IMG/VR virus record: IMGVR_UViG_3300032053_000045
Location: 9,818-73,817 of that record
From: a virus
Length of the DNA stretch: 64,000 bases
Strand: one strand, 5' to 3'
Shown: positions 47,664 to 57,307 of the stretch, one piece after another
How the letters are laid out: each line of letters starts with the position of its first letter
How positions within the stretch are numbered: the stretch's first letter is position 1
Notes under the pieces: model-generated
Databases searched by the model: none
Told to the model about the DNA's origin: nothing
The model's input: only the letters and a program-made list of their open reading frames with translations
Made by a program: the position numbers and the translations under genes

Positions 47664-49706
47664 ATGTTGGAATACAATTTAAACTTTGAAAATATGTTCG
47701 GCTCTGCTGATATAAATCAGGGCAGCGTTAATGCTATCAAAATGCAAATGGATCATTTGCGGACAATGATAGGCAGTAACCAACCAAGACAAGTTCCCGC
47801 AGGTGTTTATGGAAGAAGTTTTATGAGAAGTGCAGGAGTTGATGGTTATACTCCTCAAGAAGCAACCTATGTTGGAACTCAAATGCGCCCTCAGTTTGAA
47901 AGACTTTTACCAAAATTTTCGACAGCGATGGCCGGAGTTACCGGAGCACAGGGTGAAGATGAAATAAAAAAATCATATTCTGAGTTGACCAAGGTTACTA
48001 AAGATTACATGAATATCTTAAGAGATACAGTAAAGACAAGTAAAGAGTATCGTGGAGCTCAAGAAGACGCTACTAAAGCTATTACTGGATTCGGTGGTTC
48101 GATTGTAAGTTTAGTTTCTAATCTTGGAAGGATGAATTTAGCTGGTGCGGCCGGAGATATTCAAGGTATGGGTGGGGGGATGGGAGGTTTAGCTGGTTTA
48201 GCAGGTAAAGGGATGCTAAGCGGCGGAGCGATTGCTGCGGGAGTTGGCGGTGGATTATTGATGGCTGTAGCAGCAGCCGCGACTATGGGTATTAGTACTT
48301 TAGCGGGAAGATTTGAAAGTCAAGCCGGATCCACACTTGACTATATGCGGACTTTGAATCAAATGGGGATACTTCCTTCTCGAAATTTATTAGGAGTGGG
48401 AGCAAAGCCAGGAATGTATGAGACTCCTGTAACTGTTGGATATGATAAACTTAGTCTTCAAGCGTATGGTGTATCCGAGATAGTAGGTAATACAATTGGG
48501 GGGATGGCTGGTACTTATACAGGCCCTATTGGAGCAGCTCTTATTGGCAGAAAGATAAATACGGGAATAGGTATTGGTGGTACAGTAGAAAGACAAGAAA
48601 TTGAAACAAGATCAGTAATGAAAGAATTTGCAAAATCGTCGGCTGATTTCGGCAGACAAGTTGGAATAATTGCACAAGGAGTTGTTAGACCAACAGAAGG
48701 ACTGGATAACAAAAATATTACTGAATTGGTCAAAACTTTAAATCGTTTAGAAGTGACAACAGGAACTGCAGCAGAACAATGGGCACAAACAACAGCAAAA
48801 ATGATTGAGCAGAGAGGAATTTCTACTCAGCAAGCTACAGACGAGTTGACACAAATGTATGGTATAGGAAAAACAATGGGCATGAGAGGAAAAGAATTCA
48901 AATCATGGCAGGATGTTTCGACAGATTTAGCAAGAAGAGCATTTTTGGGAGGTCCAGGAGCTCAAGAGCCTATTGAGGCGATGAAAGCCGCAGTCGCCAA
49001 TATGAGAAATAATTATAGACCAGAAGAGGCAGCGAATATTTTACAAACAATGACCGGATTTACTGCGGCTGGGTTAACTAATCAAAAAGCATTTATGACA
49101 TATTCAACAATTGGCGGACTTTCTATGCAAGAAATGCTTCATCCTTGGAATCCTGCTGTACAAAGAAAACTTGCGGCTAATATGGGTCGTGGGGCAAGAG
49201 AAATGGCGGGAGGATCTGTTATTCCTTCCGAATTTATGCTAATGTCATTGACCGGTGCTACTCCAGGAACTGATTTATATGGGTATTTTGCTAAAACAGC
49301 TTTTGGCGGGGCAGCATTTACAGGACCAACATATGATGAAGCAAAAAAGATAGAGATAAATAGAAAAAAGATAGTGGATGGTGTCAAAAGTATAATGGGT
49401 CCAAGTGCTACTATTAACGCAGAAGGATCACTCGTAGTTGATTCGTCAAAGTGGACAAACCAAGAAATTGTAAAAAAATCCGGTGAGTTGAAAGAAGATA
49501 AAGATCGTAGGGATCTTATTGATAAAGGAGCTTTAGATGCCGCATCAGCTAAAGAATGGGGAACAAATTTGGCAGAAGGATTTACAACATTTTTAGCAAA
49601 AGGAGCACTAACAATTGGTAAAATGACGGTTATGAATATGGAACCAATTAAATATACTCGTGGTTCTGAAAATAGAGGAGCTTCTATAGCCCCGGCTAAT
49701 AGATAA
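47664..49706 (+). CDS. Tape measure protein
   Basis: Ala/Gly-rich 680 aa, directly after the chaperones. Confidence 0.8.
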   Translation: MLEYNLNFENMFGSADINQGSVNAIKMQMDHLRTMIGSNQPRQVPAGVYGRSFMRSAGVDGYTPQEATYVGTQMRPQFERLLPKFSTAMAGVTGAQGEDEIKKSYSELTKVTKDYMNILRDTVKTSKEYRGAQEDATKAITGFGGSIVSLVSNLGRMNLAGAAGDIQGMGGGMGGLAGLAGKGMLSGGAIAAGVGGGLLMAVAAAATMGISTLAGRFESQAGSTLDYMRTLNQMGILPSRNLLGVGAKPGMYETPVTVGYDKLSLQAYGVSEIVGNTIGGMAGTYTGPIGAALIGRKINTGIGIGGTVERQEIETRSVMKEFAKSSADFGRQVGIIAQGVVRPTEGLDNKNITELVKTLNRLEVTTGTAAEQWAQTTAKMIEQRGISTQQATDELTQMYGIGKTMGMRGKEFKSWQDVSTDLARRAFLGGPGAQEPIEAMKAAVANMRNNYRPEEAANILQTMTGFTAAGLTNQKAFMTYSTIGGLSMQEMLHPWNPAVQRKLAANMGRGAREMAGGSVIPSEFMLMSLTGATPGTDLYGYFAKTAFGGAAFTGPTYDEAKKIEINRKKIVDGVKSIMGPSATINAEGSLVVDSSKWTNQEIVKKSGELKEDKDRRDLIDKGALDAASAKEWGTNLAEGFTTFLAKGALTIGKMTVMNMEPIKYTRGSENRGASIAPANR

Positions 49707-49708
49707 TA

Positions 49709-51649
49709 ATGACAAAAATATATTCTCCCGAATATTATATTAGAATATTTAACAGAGTAGACATTAAAAAAACGGTTAACGTTATAAATCCAACAAATGT
49801 TTTGTCAATTGAAGTAAACAAAGATCTTTATCAAGCGGCTGGAACATGGGCCATAACTTTTGATTATAGAGATGGAACAATAGATGATAACGGTTGGTTT
49901 CTGCAAGTTGAACCAATGGATTATGTTGAAATATATATACGAAGAGAACCGGTAATATCTAAAAACTCTGATGGAGTTGACGGTGATTGGGGATTCGGTG
50001 TCTATAAAAAATCAGATGAGGGATCGTATACATTTGTTGATGATTTCAGTATAGCAGCAGTAGAACTTGTTGAAAATGCTTCTCCCTCTACAGCAAATTT
50101 ATCAGTTATCCCCTCATCAACTTTTAACAGTGTTTCTACGGTTCCTACGGCTGGACTATCTTCAACTTCATTGTTAAATGGAACAAGTTTAAAATATAAC
50201 AGTAATCAGCGCCCGTTAAATGTGGACGAAAAAGTACAAAATCCATATTTTGTATATTCAGGATATGTCGATAAAGTAATTAATAATTTTAATATTACAA
50301 ATGGAACTCCTAATAATTCATTAGTTATAACAGGTCGTGGTGTTGAGAAAATTTTACAAGAGCATAGTATATTTTTTAATATTCAGGAAAGCAAAACATA
50401 TCTCGCCAAACAAGCCGAGGCATTTTTTGCTTTACCTAACCTGAAGCCAGCCGAAGCAATCGGTTATGTTTTATTAAGATTTTTTTTAGATTATTTTGAT
50501 CCGGAACAAGCTCCTCTTAAAACTAATACTTCCTCAGGGCTAAATACTTTAGTAGGGGATAAGTTTACTTTAGAATTACACACTGATTTATCAACACTGC
50601 AGGAAGATGATGTCCAAAATAGAATCAGATATTTGCAAAATGAAATAAAAAATGATCCCAACAATACAACTGCCAAAAATGAGCTTCAAAACATTAAAGA
50701 CGAAAAAGTATTAAGAATTATTTATAATCAAATGCCAGCGATGAGAAATATTTATTGGGCATTGGACAACGATCCCAAATATAATAGTTGGGGAAGACTT
50801 ATATCGAAATCAACTGGTAGAGCGAGGACAATAGCTAATGTTGTTGACGGCCCTCTTTGGGCAACATTACAAAGAATATCAGATTCTTTCTTAAATGAAT
50901 TTTTTGTTGATGAAACAGGAAATATTGTTCTTAGATTAGCAGAAGATGCTTGGAGTCAAACTAAAGATAAACCATTAGATGCAACAGCAAATTGGGGAAG
51001 CTGGTATGAAATAAAAAATTCTGAAATTCATTCTTGGTCTTTTACTCGAAGTGACGATCAATTAAAAACATTAGTTCAAGTTATTCCTGTTGCCTTTATT
51101 GCCGGAACAGAATCAGTTATTTCTGGCTATTATGGACAATCTCCGTTAACAAATAGAGCTAAGGATTTTTTGTTTCAACAATTTAAAAGTGGACAAGTTA
51201 GTTCAGGAGAGACTCAGGTCCAAATAGATTTTGCTCTCAATGATAAAAGAAATCAGTTAAAAAATAAAGTAAGCTCTTATAGTTTAGATACTGACATAAA
51301 AATTCAACAATTTTTTCAAAGATTCGGAGTAAGGCCATTACAAATTCATGATATTTATCATTTCAATCTTAATGAAATTCTCGATGTTGCGAGAACAGCG
51401 TTTACCAGAATGGCTAATAATTTCTGGACTGGTGTCATAACAGTTAAGGGAGATCAGAAATATAAAATTGGAAGAATTGTGTTTTTATCGGATATCAATG
51501 CTAAATTCTATTGTCACGGAGTTCAACATAGTTTTAAATGGGGGGCTGGGTGGACAACAACACTTCAATTAACAAGAGGAGAAGTAATAAATTCGTATAC
51601 GAATAATAATGCATTTCCCATTGCTACTACGGATACTACAACATTATGA
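49709..51649 (+). CDS. Baseplate hub protein (T4 gp27/Mu gp44-like)
   Basis: K.L..AAG.W.I, V.PMD.VEI, ITGR, NEFFVD, G.ITVKG....KIG, FY..GV.HSF....W.T.L..TRG. Confidence 0.8.
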   Translation: MTKIYSPEYYIRIFNRVDIKKTVNVINPTNVLSIEVNKDLYQAAGTWAITFDYRDGTIDDNGWFLQVEPMDYVEIYIRREPVISKNSDGVDGDWGFGVYKKSDEGSYTFVDDFSIAAVELVENASPSTANLSVIPSSTFNSVSTVPTAGLSSTSLLNGTSLKYNSNQRPLNVDEKVQNPYFVYSGYVDKVINNFNITNGTPNNSLVITGRGVEKILQEHSIFFNIQESKTYLAKQAEAFFALPNLKPAEAIGYVLLRFFLDYFDPEQAPLKTNTSSGLNTLVGDKFTLELHTDLSTLQEDDVQNRIRYLQNEIKNDPNNTTAKNELQNIKDEKVLRIIYNQMPAMRNIYWALDNDPKYNSWGRLISKSTGRARTIANVVDGPLWATLQRISDSFLNEFFVDETGNIVLRLAEDAWSQTKDKPLDATANWGSWYEIKNSEIHSWSFTRSDDQLKTLVQVIPVAFIAGTESVISGYYGQSPLTNRAKDFLFQQFKSGQVSSGETQVQIDFALNDKRNQLKNKVSSYSLDTDIKIQQFFQRFGVRPLQIHDIYHFNLNEILDVARTAFTRMANNFWTGVITVKGDQKYKIGRIVFLSDINAKFYCHGVQHSFKWGAGWTTTLQLTRGEVINSYTNNNAFPIATTDTTTL

Positions 51650-52467
51650 TGGGAGATTCATTACATCAAACTGAATTATTTGTTGGGAGAGTAACATCTG
51701 TATATCCTGAAACATATACTCTTTCTGTAATGCCGTTGGCAGGAAGAATGGGTATGAAATATGTTAGAGTGACAACTCAAAATGCCTGTGCATTAAGAAA
51801 TAATCAAACTCAGGGTTATTTTTGGATGCCACATGTTAATGATACTGTTGTTTGTGCTTTTGTTGAAGGAATGCCAGATTATCCAATTTGTTTGGGTGTA
51901 TTATTCACTGATACTTTTACAAAACCGCCACAGGCAGCAACAAAAAGTGTTGGAGGAATAGATGTTTATCAACATTATGATTACGTTGTTCAACATCAAA
52001 CTGGTTCATTTATAAGAATAAGAAATTTAAATCAACCAACACAGTCCAGTAGCGGATCGACAACCGGGGAATGGCAACTTCCAACAACAGATTTACCAGA
52101 AATTGTTATTCAGCAGCAATTAGCTAACAAAACTGATTATAATGAAATCAAATTAACAGAGACTGTAGCAGGAACTTCTACAGTGAATATAACACATCAC
52201 TCCGGGGCAACAATTCAAATAGACAAAGATGGAAATGTTATCATAACTCCGGCATCTGGTAAAAAAATAGAATTAGGTAGTAGTTCTTCAAGTGAAAGTT
52301 TAGTTTTGGGAAATTCATTTAAAACGTTATTTAATACTCATATTCATGCAACAGGTATGGGACCAAGTGGACCAGCTTTAGATTCTACTCTTGCTGCAAA
52401 TCCAATGGATAATCCAGCAGTTCCAAGTTATCCGCATTTGAGTGTTAAAGCAAAAACGGAAGTATGA
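51646..52467 (+). CDS. Baseplate spike (gpV/gp5 OB-fold)
   Basis: GRV..V, MP.V.D.VV.AF..G...PI.LG; H.SG..I.ID.DG; FNTHIH tip motif. Confidence 0.85.
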   Translation: MMGDSLHQTELFVGRVTSVYPETYTLSVMPLAGRMGMKYVRVTTQNACALRNNQTQGYFWMPHVNDTVVCAFVEGMPDYPICLGVLFTDTFTKPPQAATKSVGGIDVYQHYDYVVQHQTGSFIRIRNLNQPTQSSSGSTTGEWQLPTTDLPEIVIQQQLANKTDYNEIKLTETVAGTSTVNITHHSGATIQIDKDGNVIITPASGKKIELGSSSSSESLVLGNSFKTLFNTHIHATGMGPSGPALDSTLAANPMDNPAVPSYPHLSVKAKTEV

Positions 52468-53012
52468 GTTTAAATAAAACAATATTAAAAACAGCAATCA
52501 AAAATATAACACTTACTGGGTATACAACTATTTCTTCCGCCGCGACCGCGTGGTCCAATTCCTACGATGATTATACAAACGGAGTTACGTCTTATGCTCA
52601 AGATCAGTCTACAGATAGGGTTGTAACCGTGAATAAATCTGCACTACAAGCTGGATTAGTAACTGCTTTTTCTTCAGGAACAGCAATTGGAGCTGCCAAT
52701 GGAATAGAAACTGCCTGTATTTCTTATTGGGCTGGAGCTATTTTTGGAATATCATTTCCTCCAACTTTATTGGATCCATTAGCCATAAGCGATGTCTCTG
52801 CTGTAGTTAGTTTTCCAGGAAGTGGATTGTCAGCTTCTCTTCAAGCTATTTTTTCTGTATTAAGTTCGGATGCTGATAGTAAAGCAAATGATATTGCAAC
52901 TGCATTTGATAATTATACAAAAACAGTTCGAGTGTTATGTAATTATTTAAAAACAAATCCGGCTCCACCCCCTCCAATTATACCAGGTGTAATAACGTTA
53001 TCAATAAATTAA
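52464..53012 (+). CDS. Hypothetical baseplate-region protein
   Basis: ATGA-coupled; Ala/Thr-rich. Confidence 0.7.
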   Translation: MSLNKTILKTAIKNITLTGYTTISSAATAWSNSYDDYTNGVTSYAQDQSTDRVVTVNKSALQAGLVTAFSSGTAIGAANGIETACISYWAGAIFGISFPPTLLDPLAISDVSAVVSFPGSGLSASLQAIFSVLSSDADSKANDIATAFDNYTKTVRVLCNYLKTNPAPPPPIIPGVITLSIN

Positions 53013-53022
53013 AGGAGAAACA

Positions 53023-53655
53023 ATGACTGATTTAGGGCTAAGACTATATTATATTTATAATCAGCAAGAGACTCCAACACAACCTGGTTTAAAAGTAGTT
53101 TATTTAATTGATTTTAATTATATCTCTCAATTAATTCCTATTGGAGTAGAAAGATTCGATGTTGCTGGGGACTCGAGAAAAACAATTCAACAAACTATTG
53201 GTATTTATGACCAAAATAAAGAATCTTATTCAGATAATTTTTACGTAGATACATGGGCTAATTCTCCCGATAAAATTGTTTTATCTGGAACTGTTAAAAT
53301 GCCTGAAGCAGTAGAACAACCAATAATTTCAGCCAGAACAACAAATACTTTAGGTTCAAATAAAACTGGAATATTTGGAACTCTTCTTAATGTATTAACA
53401 CTTAATACTAATTCTAAAGCTCCTCAATCAATGTCTTTTATTGGAGCATTGGAGCAATTTTATAAATGGAATTCTTTAGCGAGTAGGGTCCACGGAGGAG
53501 ATAGTTTGATATTATTCGATTTTTTAAAACAACAAATGTTTACAGTAACAATTGCAAGTAAAAGATATTCAATGACTGTAGATAAGCCAATGCTAATTCC
53601 ATGGGAAATTAGTTTGACAGTTATAGATCAAACCGATATGAGCACAATTAAATGA
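53023..53655 (+). CDS. Putative baseplate/tube initiator protein
   Basis: QQT....YVD.W......I.LSG; position. Confidence 0.55.
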   Translation: MTDLGLRLYYIYNQQETPTQPGLKVVYLIDFNYISQLIPIGVERFDVAGDSRKTIQQTIGIYDQNKESYSDNFYVDTWANSPDKIVLSGTVKMPEAVEQPIISARTTNTLGSNKTGIFGTLLNVLTLNTNSKAPQSMSFIGALEQFYKWNSLASRVHGGDSLILFDFLKQQMFTVTIASKRYSMTVDKPMLIPWEISLTVIDQTDMSTIK

Positions 53656-54320
53656 TGGCAACAACTACAGATTTATATGGAGTAGATTTTAAACTGGAAG
53701 AAAAAGACTTAACTCTAAGTTCTTCTGGGGGGTATGACATATATAGTAGTGAAGATAATTTACTGCAGTCCATAAATAATAGATTATCAACTGAATTAGG
53801 AAGTTTGGTATATGATCCGGCATATGGAGTTGATCTTAGTTTGGTTATTGGAGAGAAAAATATCCCAATAAAAACTCAAATTTTAAGATCTTCTATTGCA
53901 ACAGCATTAAAGGCGGAGCCGAGAATTGCCACGATAACAAGATTAGAAGTTATAAATAATCCAACTAATCCGCAGATTATTTATGTTTCAATAGAAGTTT
54001 TACCTATAAATTCTATGACAACAATAACGACCAATTTAATTTATCCAACATATCTTAATCAGACAAACTTAAGAGTATCGGACGAGACTACCACATCTGT
54101 TAGTAAATTTGTTGTCGATACTCAATATGATATTTATTCAGTCGCTGGAATATATTTATATACTGACACAAATAAAGCTGGTAAAAATTATTTTTACGAT
54201 CCAGCTTCCAATGAATCGGGATATTTTTCAAGTAAAAGAATAACATTACTGGAAGAACTCCCTACAACAACTACTCAGGTAATTATTGATTATAATAGAA
54301 GCGGAGTTGAATTAGTTTAA
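53652..54320 (+). CDS. Baseplate wedge protein (gp25/GpW-like) with C-terminal extension
   Basis: NLLQSI.NRL.TE.G....P.YG, L..EPRI. Confidence 0.85.
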   Translation: MMATTTDLYGVDFKLEEKDLTLSSSGGYDIYSSEDNLLQSINNRLSTELGSLVYDPAYGVDLSLVIGEKNIPIKTQILRSSIATALKAEPRIATITRLEVINNPTNPQIIYVSIEVLPINSMTTITTNLIYPTYLNQTNLRVSDETTTSVSKFVVDTQYDIYSVAGIYLYTDTNKAGKNYFYDPASNESGYFSSKRITLLEELPTTTTQVIIDYNRSGVELV

Positions 54321-55036
54321 GGTAATGTGATTGTTTTGGAATTTGTAATTTTATTATTTGATGAAGTTATCTGTTTTAAATAATAAGTCCAGTTTCCAGA
54401 TGAAAAACTATTTTCAGAATCAATATATTCTCCATTTGGGCCAACTCCTTCGTAGCCAGCTTCTGCGGTTGGTGCAAACTTATAATATCCAGAAGAAGCT
54501 TCTAAAGTCATCTTATCTTGAGTAGCAGAATATATAAGTGTTGAAATTCCCATTGGGTAATTATATATTCTAAAAATATCATATGAAACTATATCATTAT
54601 CTTTAACAACTCTTATATTGATTCCGAACCACGGAGGTGATGAGTTATAATAATCAACCTCAAAAGAAATAGCTGAAGTAAATAAATGAATCGTCGTTGA
54701 AGTTGTACTTGTCGTGGTACTTGTCGTGGTACTTGTCGTGGTACTTGTTGAAGTCGAAGTAGAGGTTGAACTAGTAGAAGTAGTAGAGGTAGTTAAAATA
54801 GTTGTTGTAGTTTGAAGCGCGGTTGTCGTAGTTGAATTTGCGGTGGTTGTTGTTGAGATAGCAATAGAAGTAGTAGTAACCGATAGACTTGTAGTTGTAG
54901 TAGTTTGAGAGGTAGATGTAGTTGTCAATGAAACATTGTTTATTTGATCATTGACAGTATTTCCACATCCCACAATCAAGACTGTTGACATAATAATCAA
55001 CAAAAGACCAATTAAAAAATATACTCGTTTAATCAT
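54317..55036 (-). CDS. Thr/Ser-rich lipoprotein (moron-like)
   Basis: Signal peptide with lipobox LIVGC, long Thr/Ser linker, GAGGTG RBS, own promoter. Confidence 0.8.
   Translation of the reverse strand: MIKRVYFLIGLLLIIMSTVLIVGCGNTVNDQINNVSLTTTSTSQTTTTTSLSVTTTSIAISTTTTANSTTTTALQTTTTILTTSTTSTSSTSTSTSTSTTTSTTTSTTTSTTSTTIHLFTSAISFEVDYYNSSPPWFGINIRVVKDNDIVSYDIFRIYNYPMGISTLIYSATQDKMTLEASSGYYKFAPTAEAGYEGVGPNGEYIDSENSFSSGNWTYYLKQITSSNNKITNSKTITLP
54705..54748. repeat. 12-bp tandem repeat (gtacttgtcgtg, ~3.7 copies)
   Basis: Direct reading; encodes STTT repeats of the lipoprotein. Confidence 0.85.
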
Positions 55037-55056
55037 ATTTGCACCTCTATATGTAT

Positions 55057-55085
55057 ATTATAACATATATCTCGGTGAATGTACA
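55057..55085 (-). promoter_or_regulatory. Sigma70/SigA-type promoter of the lipoprotein gene
   Basis: Minus strand TGTACA-17 nt-TATAAT with extended TG. Confidence 0.65.
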
Positions 55086-55115
55086 CTGTTATTTTTAAAA
55101 AAGGAGCTATAAGGA

Positions 55116-57287
55116 ATGTCAATCACCCCCAAAACAAGAGCGGCTATTTTCAATGACCTCCAGGCTTATCTGCAGTCATTAGATCCCAGAATAATAGACT
55201 TTAATATTGGCTCAGTATTAAATTCTATTTTAGATGCTCCTGCAGCAGAAATGGAGCAGATTTGGAATGCATTAACAAATGCTTTTACCGCAGCATATGT
55301 ATCAACTGCAACAGGAGAAGATTTAGATAATAAAGCTGCAGATTTTGGTTTAGTCAGAAGAGAGGCTACTTATTCTACAGGATATGTGACATTTGGAAGA
55401 AGCTCTTCATTTAACCAAGATTTTACTATTCCTGTCGGAACTATTGTTCAGACTATTTCTACAACGACGACTTCTGGTACTCAATTTCAAACTACTGCCG
55501 ATGTAATTTTGCCGGCAAATCAATTAAATGTTTCAAGTGTTCCTATTCAAGCTGTTACAGCGGGGTCAACTGGGAATATAGCGGCTAATGCTATTTCTGT
55601 TATTTCATCACCTCCGGCTGGTATTGAAACTGTAGCAAATCCCGCAGTAACTGCTGGAGGAACAGACCAAGAATCTGATGCTGATCTAAGAGCAAGAATT
55701 CCTCTTTATCTAAGTTCGCTCGCCAGGGGAACGAGAGATTCATTAGAGGCAGCTGCATTGTCGGTTAATGGAGTTGCTTCAGTTTCTATATTTGAAGATT
55801 TTTATGACGATCCAATTACTCCTGGATATGTAGAAGTTTATGTTGCAGATTCGTCCGGAAACGCTACTGACGCCATGATCGCCGCAGTTCAAACTCAAAT
55901 GGATGATTATCGAGCAGTTGCAGTAACAGTAATGGTGAAAAAACCAATTTCTCTGGACATGAATGTAAAATGCTGGATAACTGTTGAAGCTGGATATTCA
56001 ACTTCTACAGTTAGTGCAAATGTCGCAACGGCAATTACTGATTTCTTTTCAAGGTTGAAATTAGGAGATGAAGTTTATCGCTCTGAGTTAATTGCAGCGA
56101 TATCAGAAGTTCAAGGTGTTTCTGAAGTAAATACACAAACAGAAGAATTATATGAAAATGACGCTAAAAATTGTTCAATAGTTCATACATTTACTCCTCC
56201 TAATTTGGAATATGAAACATCTTCTTCATTTACTCAAATTGATACAGTAGTTACTCCATATCAGGTTGATCATATTTGGTTGAAACATGATTTGGCGTTA
56301 GCGGGAACAGATTATAGAGGTGCCGCACCCGGAGATATAAGCTTATCATTTAGAACAATAACTCTTAATACATTAAAACTTCCTATTGTTAATGAACATT
56401 TAACAACTTTAAACGGTGGGATTCAAGATTTAAGTACTTTAATTTTACAGCATAAATCAAACCCTGGTTCAATGCCAACTGCTGTGTCTGTGACAAGTAA
56501 TGGAATTTGGCTAAGAACTGATTCTTTTATACTAACCCCTGTTTATTTTGTCGGTGGTGGATTGAATAATATGACAGCCGGGGGAACGTTTACTGGTGAT
56601 GAAATTAAATATTATCGAATTCAAATTGATTACAAAGATCCGGCAGGACTTGGAGGTATAGATGCATTTAAATGGTCGGAGGATTTTGGAGCAACTTGGC
56701 ATTCTACTCGTGTTCCAATTACAGGGGCTGCTCAAACTTTAAGTTCTGGGGTCACTGTAACTTTTGCTACAACTGGGGGACATACATTAAATGATTATTG
56801 GAATTTTACATTAATCCATAATGGAGCAGGAACCAATTATGCTAGATTTGGAGGGGCTCCCAATACTGCTACTGTTGGAGCCGATGGAGTGACAGTTACA
56901 CTTTCATTCCCTCTTCCTTTAGGAACAACTGAAGTTTTTGTTCAATATCCTGAAGAAGCAACAGCCGGAGAAAATACTCAAACTGATGTTTCAATTGATT
57001 ATTGGAAACAAATTGTTAATCCTACAAATACGCCAATTGCTGATGTTAAAGGAATATGGCTTGCTACTGATATAAATAAAGTTGGAACAAATTATTATAC
57101 TGATGGAACATTTACTACTACACAAATAACTCTTGGAACTATAACTCCTATTTCGCCAACAGAAGCAGTTATTATTGATTATTGGAAAGACATTGGAAAT
57201 CACGGATTAAAACCATATGATAATGTGGTCATTCCTGATACACGGGTTGCAAGAGCTGGGACATCAACTATAACCGTTAATATCTAA
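55116..57287 (+). CDS. Baseplate J-like wedge protein
   Basis: DFN.GS, ATG.DLD.....G..R..A, GG.D.ESD..LR.R, V.GV..V, PG.V.V. Confidence 0.92.
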   Translation: MSITPKTRAAIFNDLQAYLQSLDPRIIDFNIGSVLNSILDAPAAEMEQIWNALTNAFTAAYVSTATGEDLDNKAADFGLVRREATYSTGYVTFGRSSSFNQDFTIPVGTIVQTISTTTTSGTQFQTTADVILPANQLNVSSVPIQAVTAGSTGNIAANAISVISSPPAGIETVANPAVTAGGTDQESDADLRARIPLYLSSLARGTRDSLEAAALSVNGVASVSIFEDFYDDPITPGYVEVYVADSSGNATDAMIAAVQTQMDDYRAVAVTVMVKKPISLDMNVKCWITVEAGYSTSTVSANVATAITDFFSRLKLGDEVYRSELIAAISEVQGVSEVNTQTEELYENDAKNCSIVHTFTPPNLEYETSSSFTQIDTVVTPYQVDHIWLKHDLALAGTDYRGAAPGDISLSFRTITLNTLKLPIVNEHLTTLNGGIQDLSTLILQHKSNPGSMPTAVSVTSNGIWLRTDSFILTPVYFVGGGLNNMTAGGTFTGDEIKYYRIQIDYKDPAGLGGIDAFKWSEDFGATWHSTRVPITGAAQTLSSGVTVTFATTGGHTLNDYWNFTLIHNGAGTNYARFGGAPNTATVGADGVTVTLSFPLPLGTTEVFVQYPEEATAGENTQTDVSIDYWKQIVNPTNTPIADVKGIWLATDINKVGTNYYTDGTFTTTQITLGTITPISPTEAVIIDYWKDIGNHGLKPYDNVVIPDTRVARAGTSTITVNI

Positions 57288-57307
57288 AAAAGGAAAGAAA
57301 AAAATTC

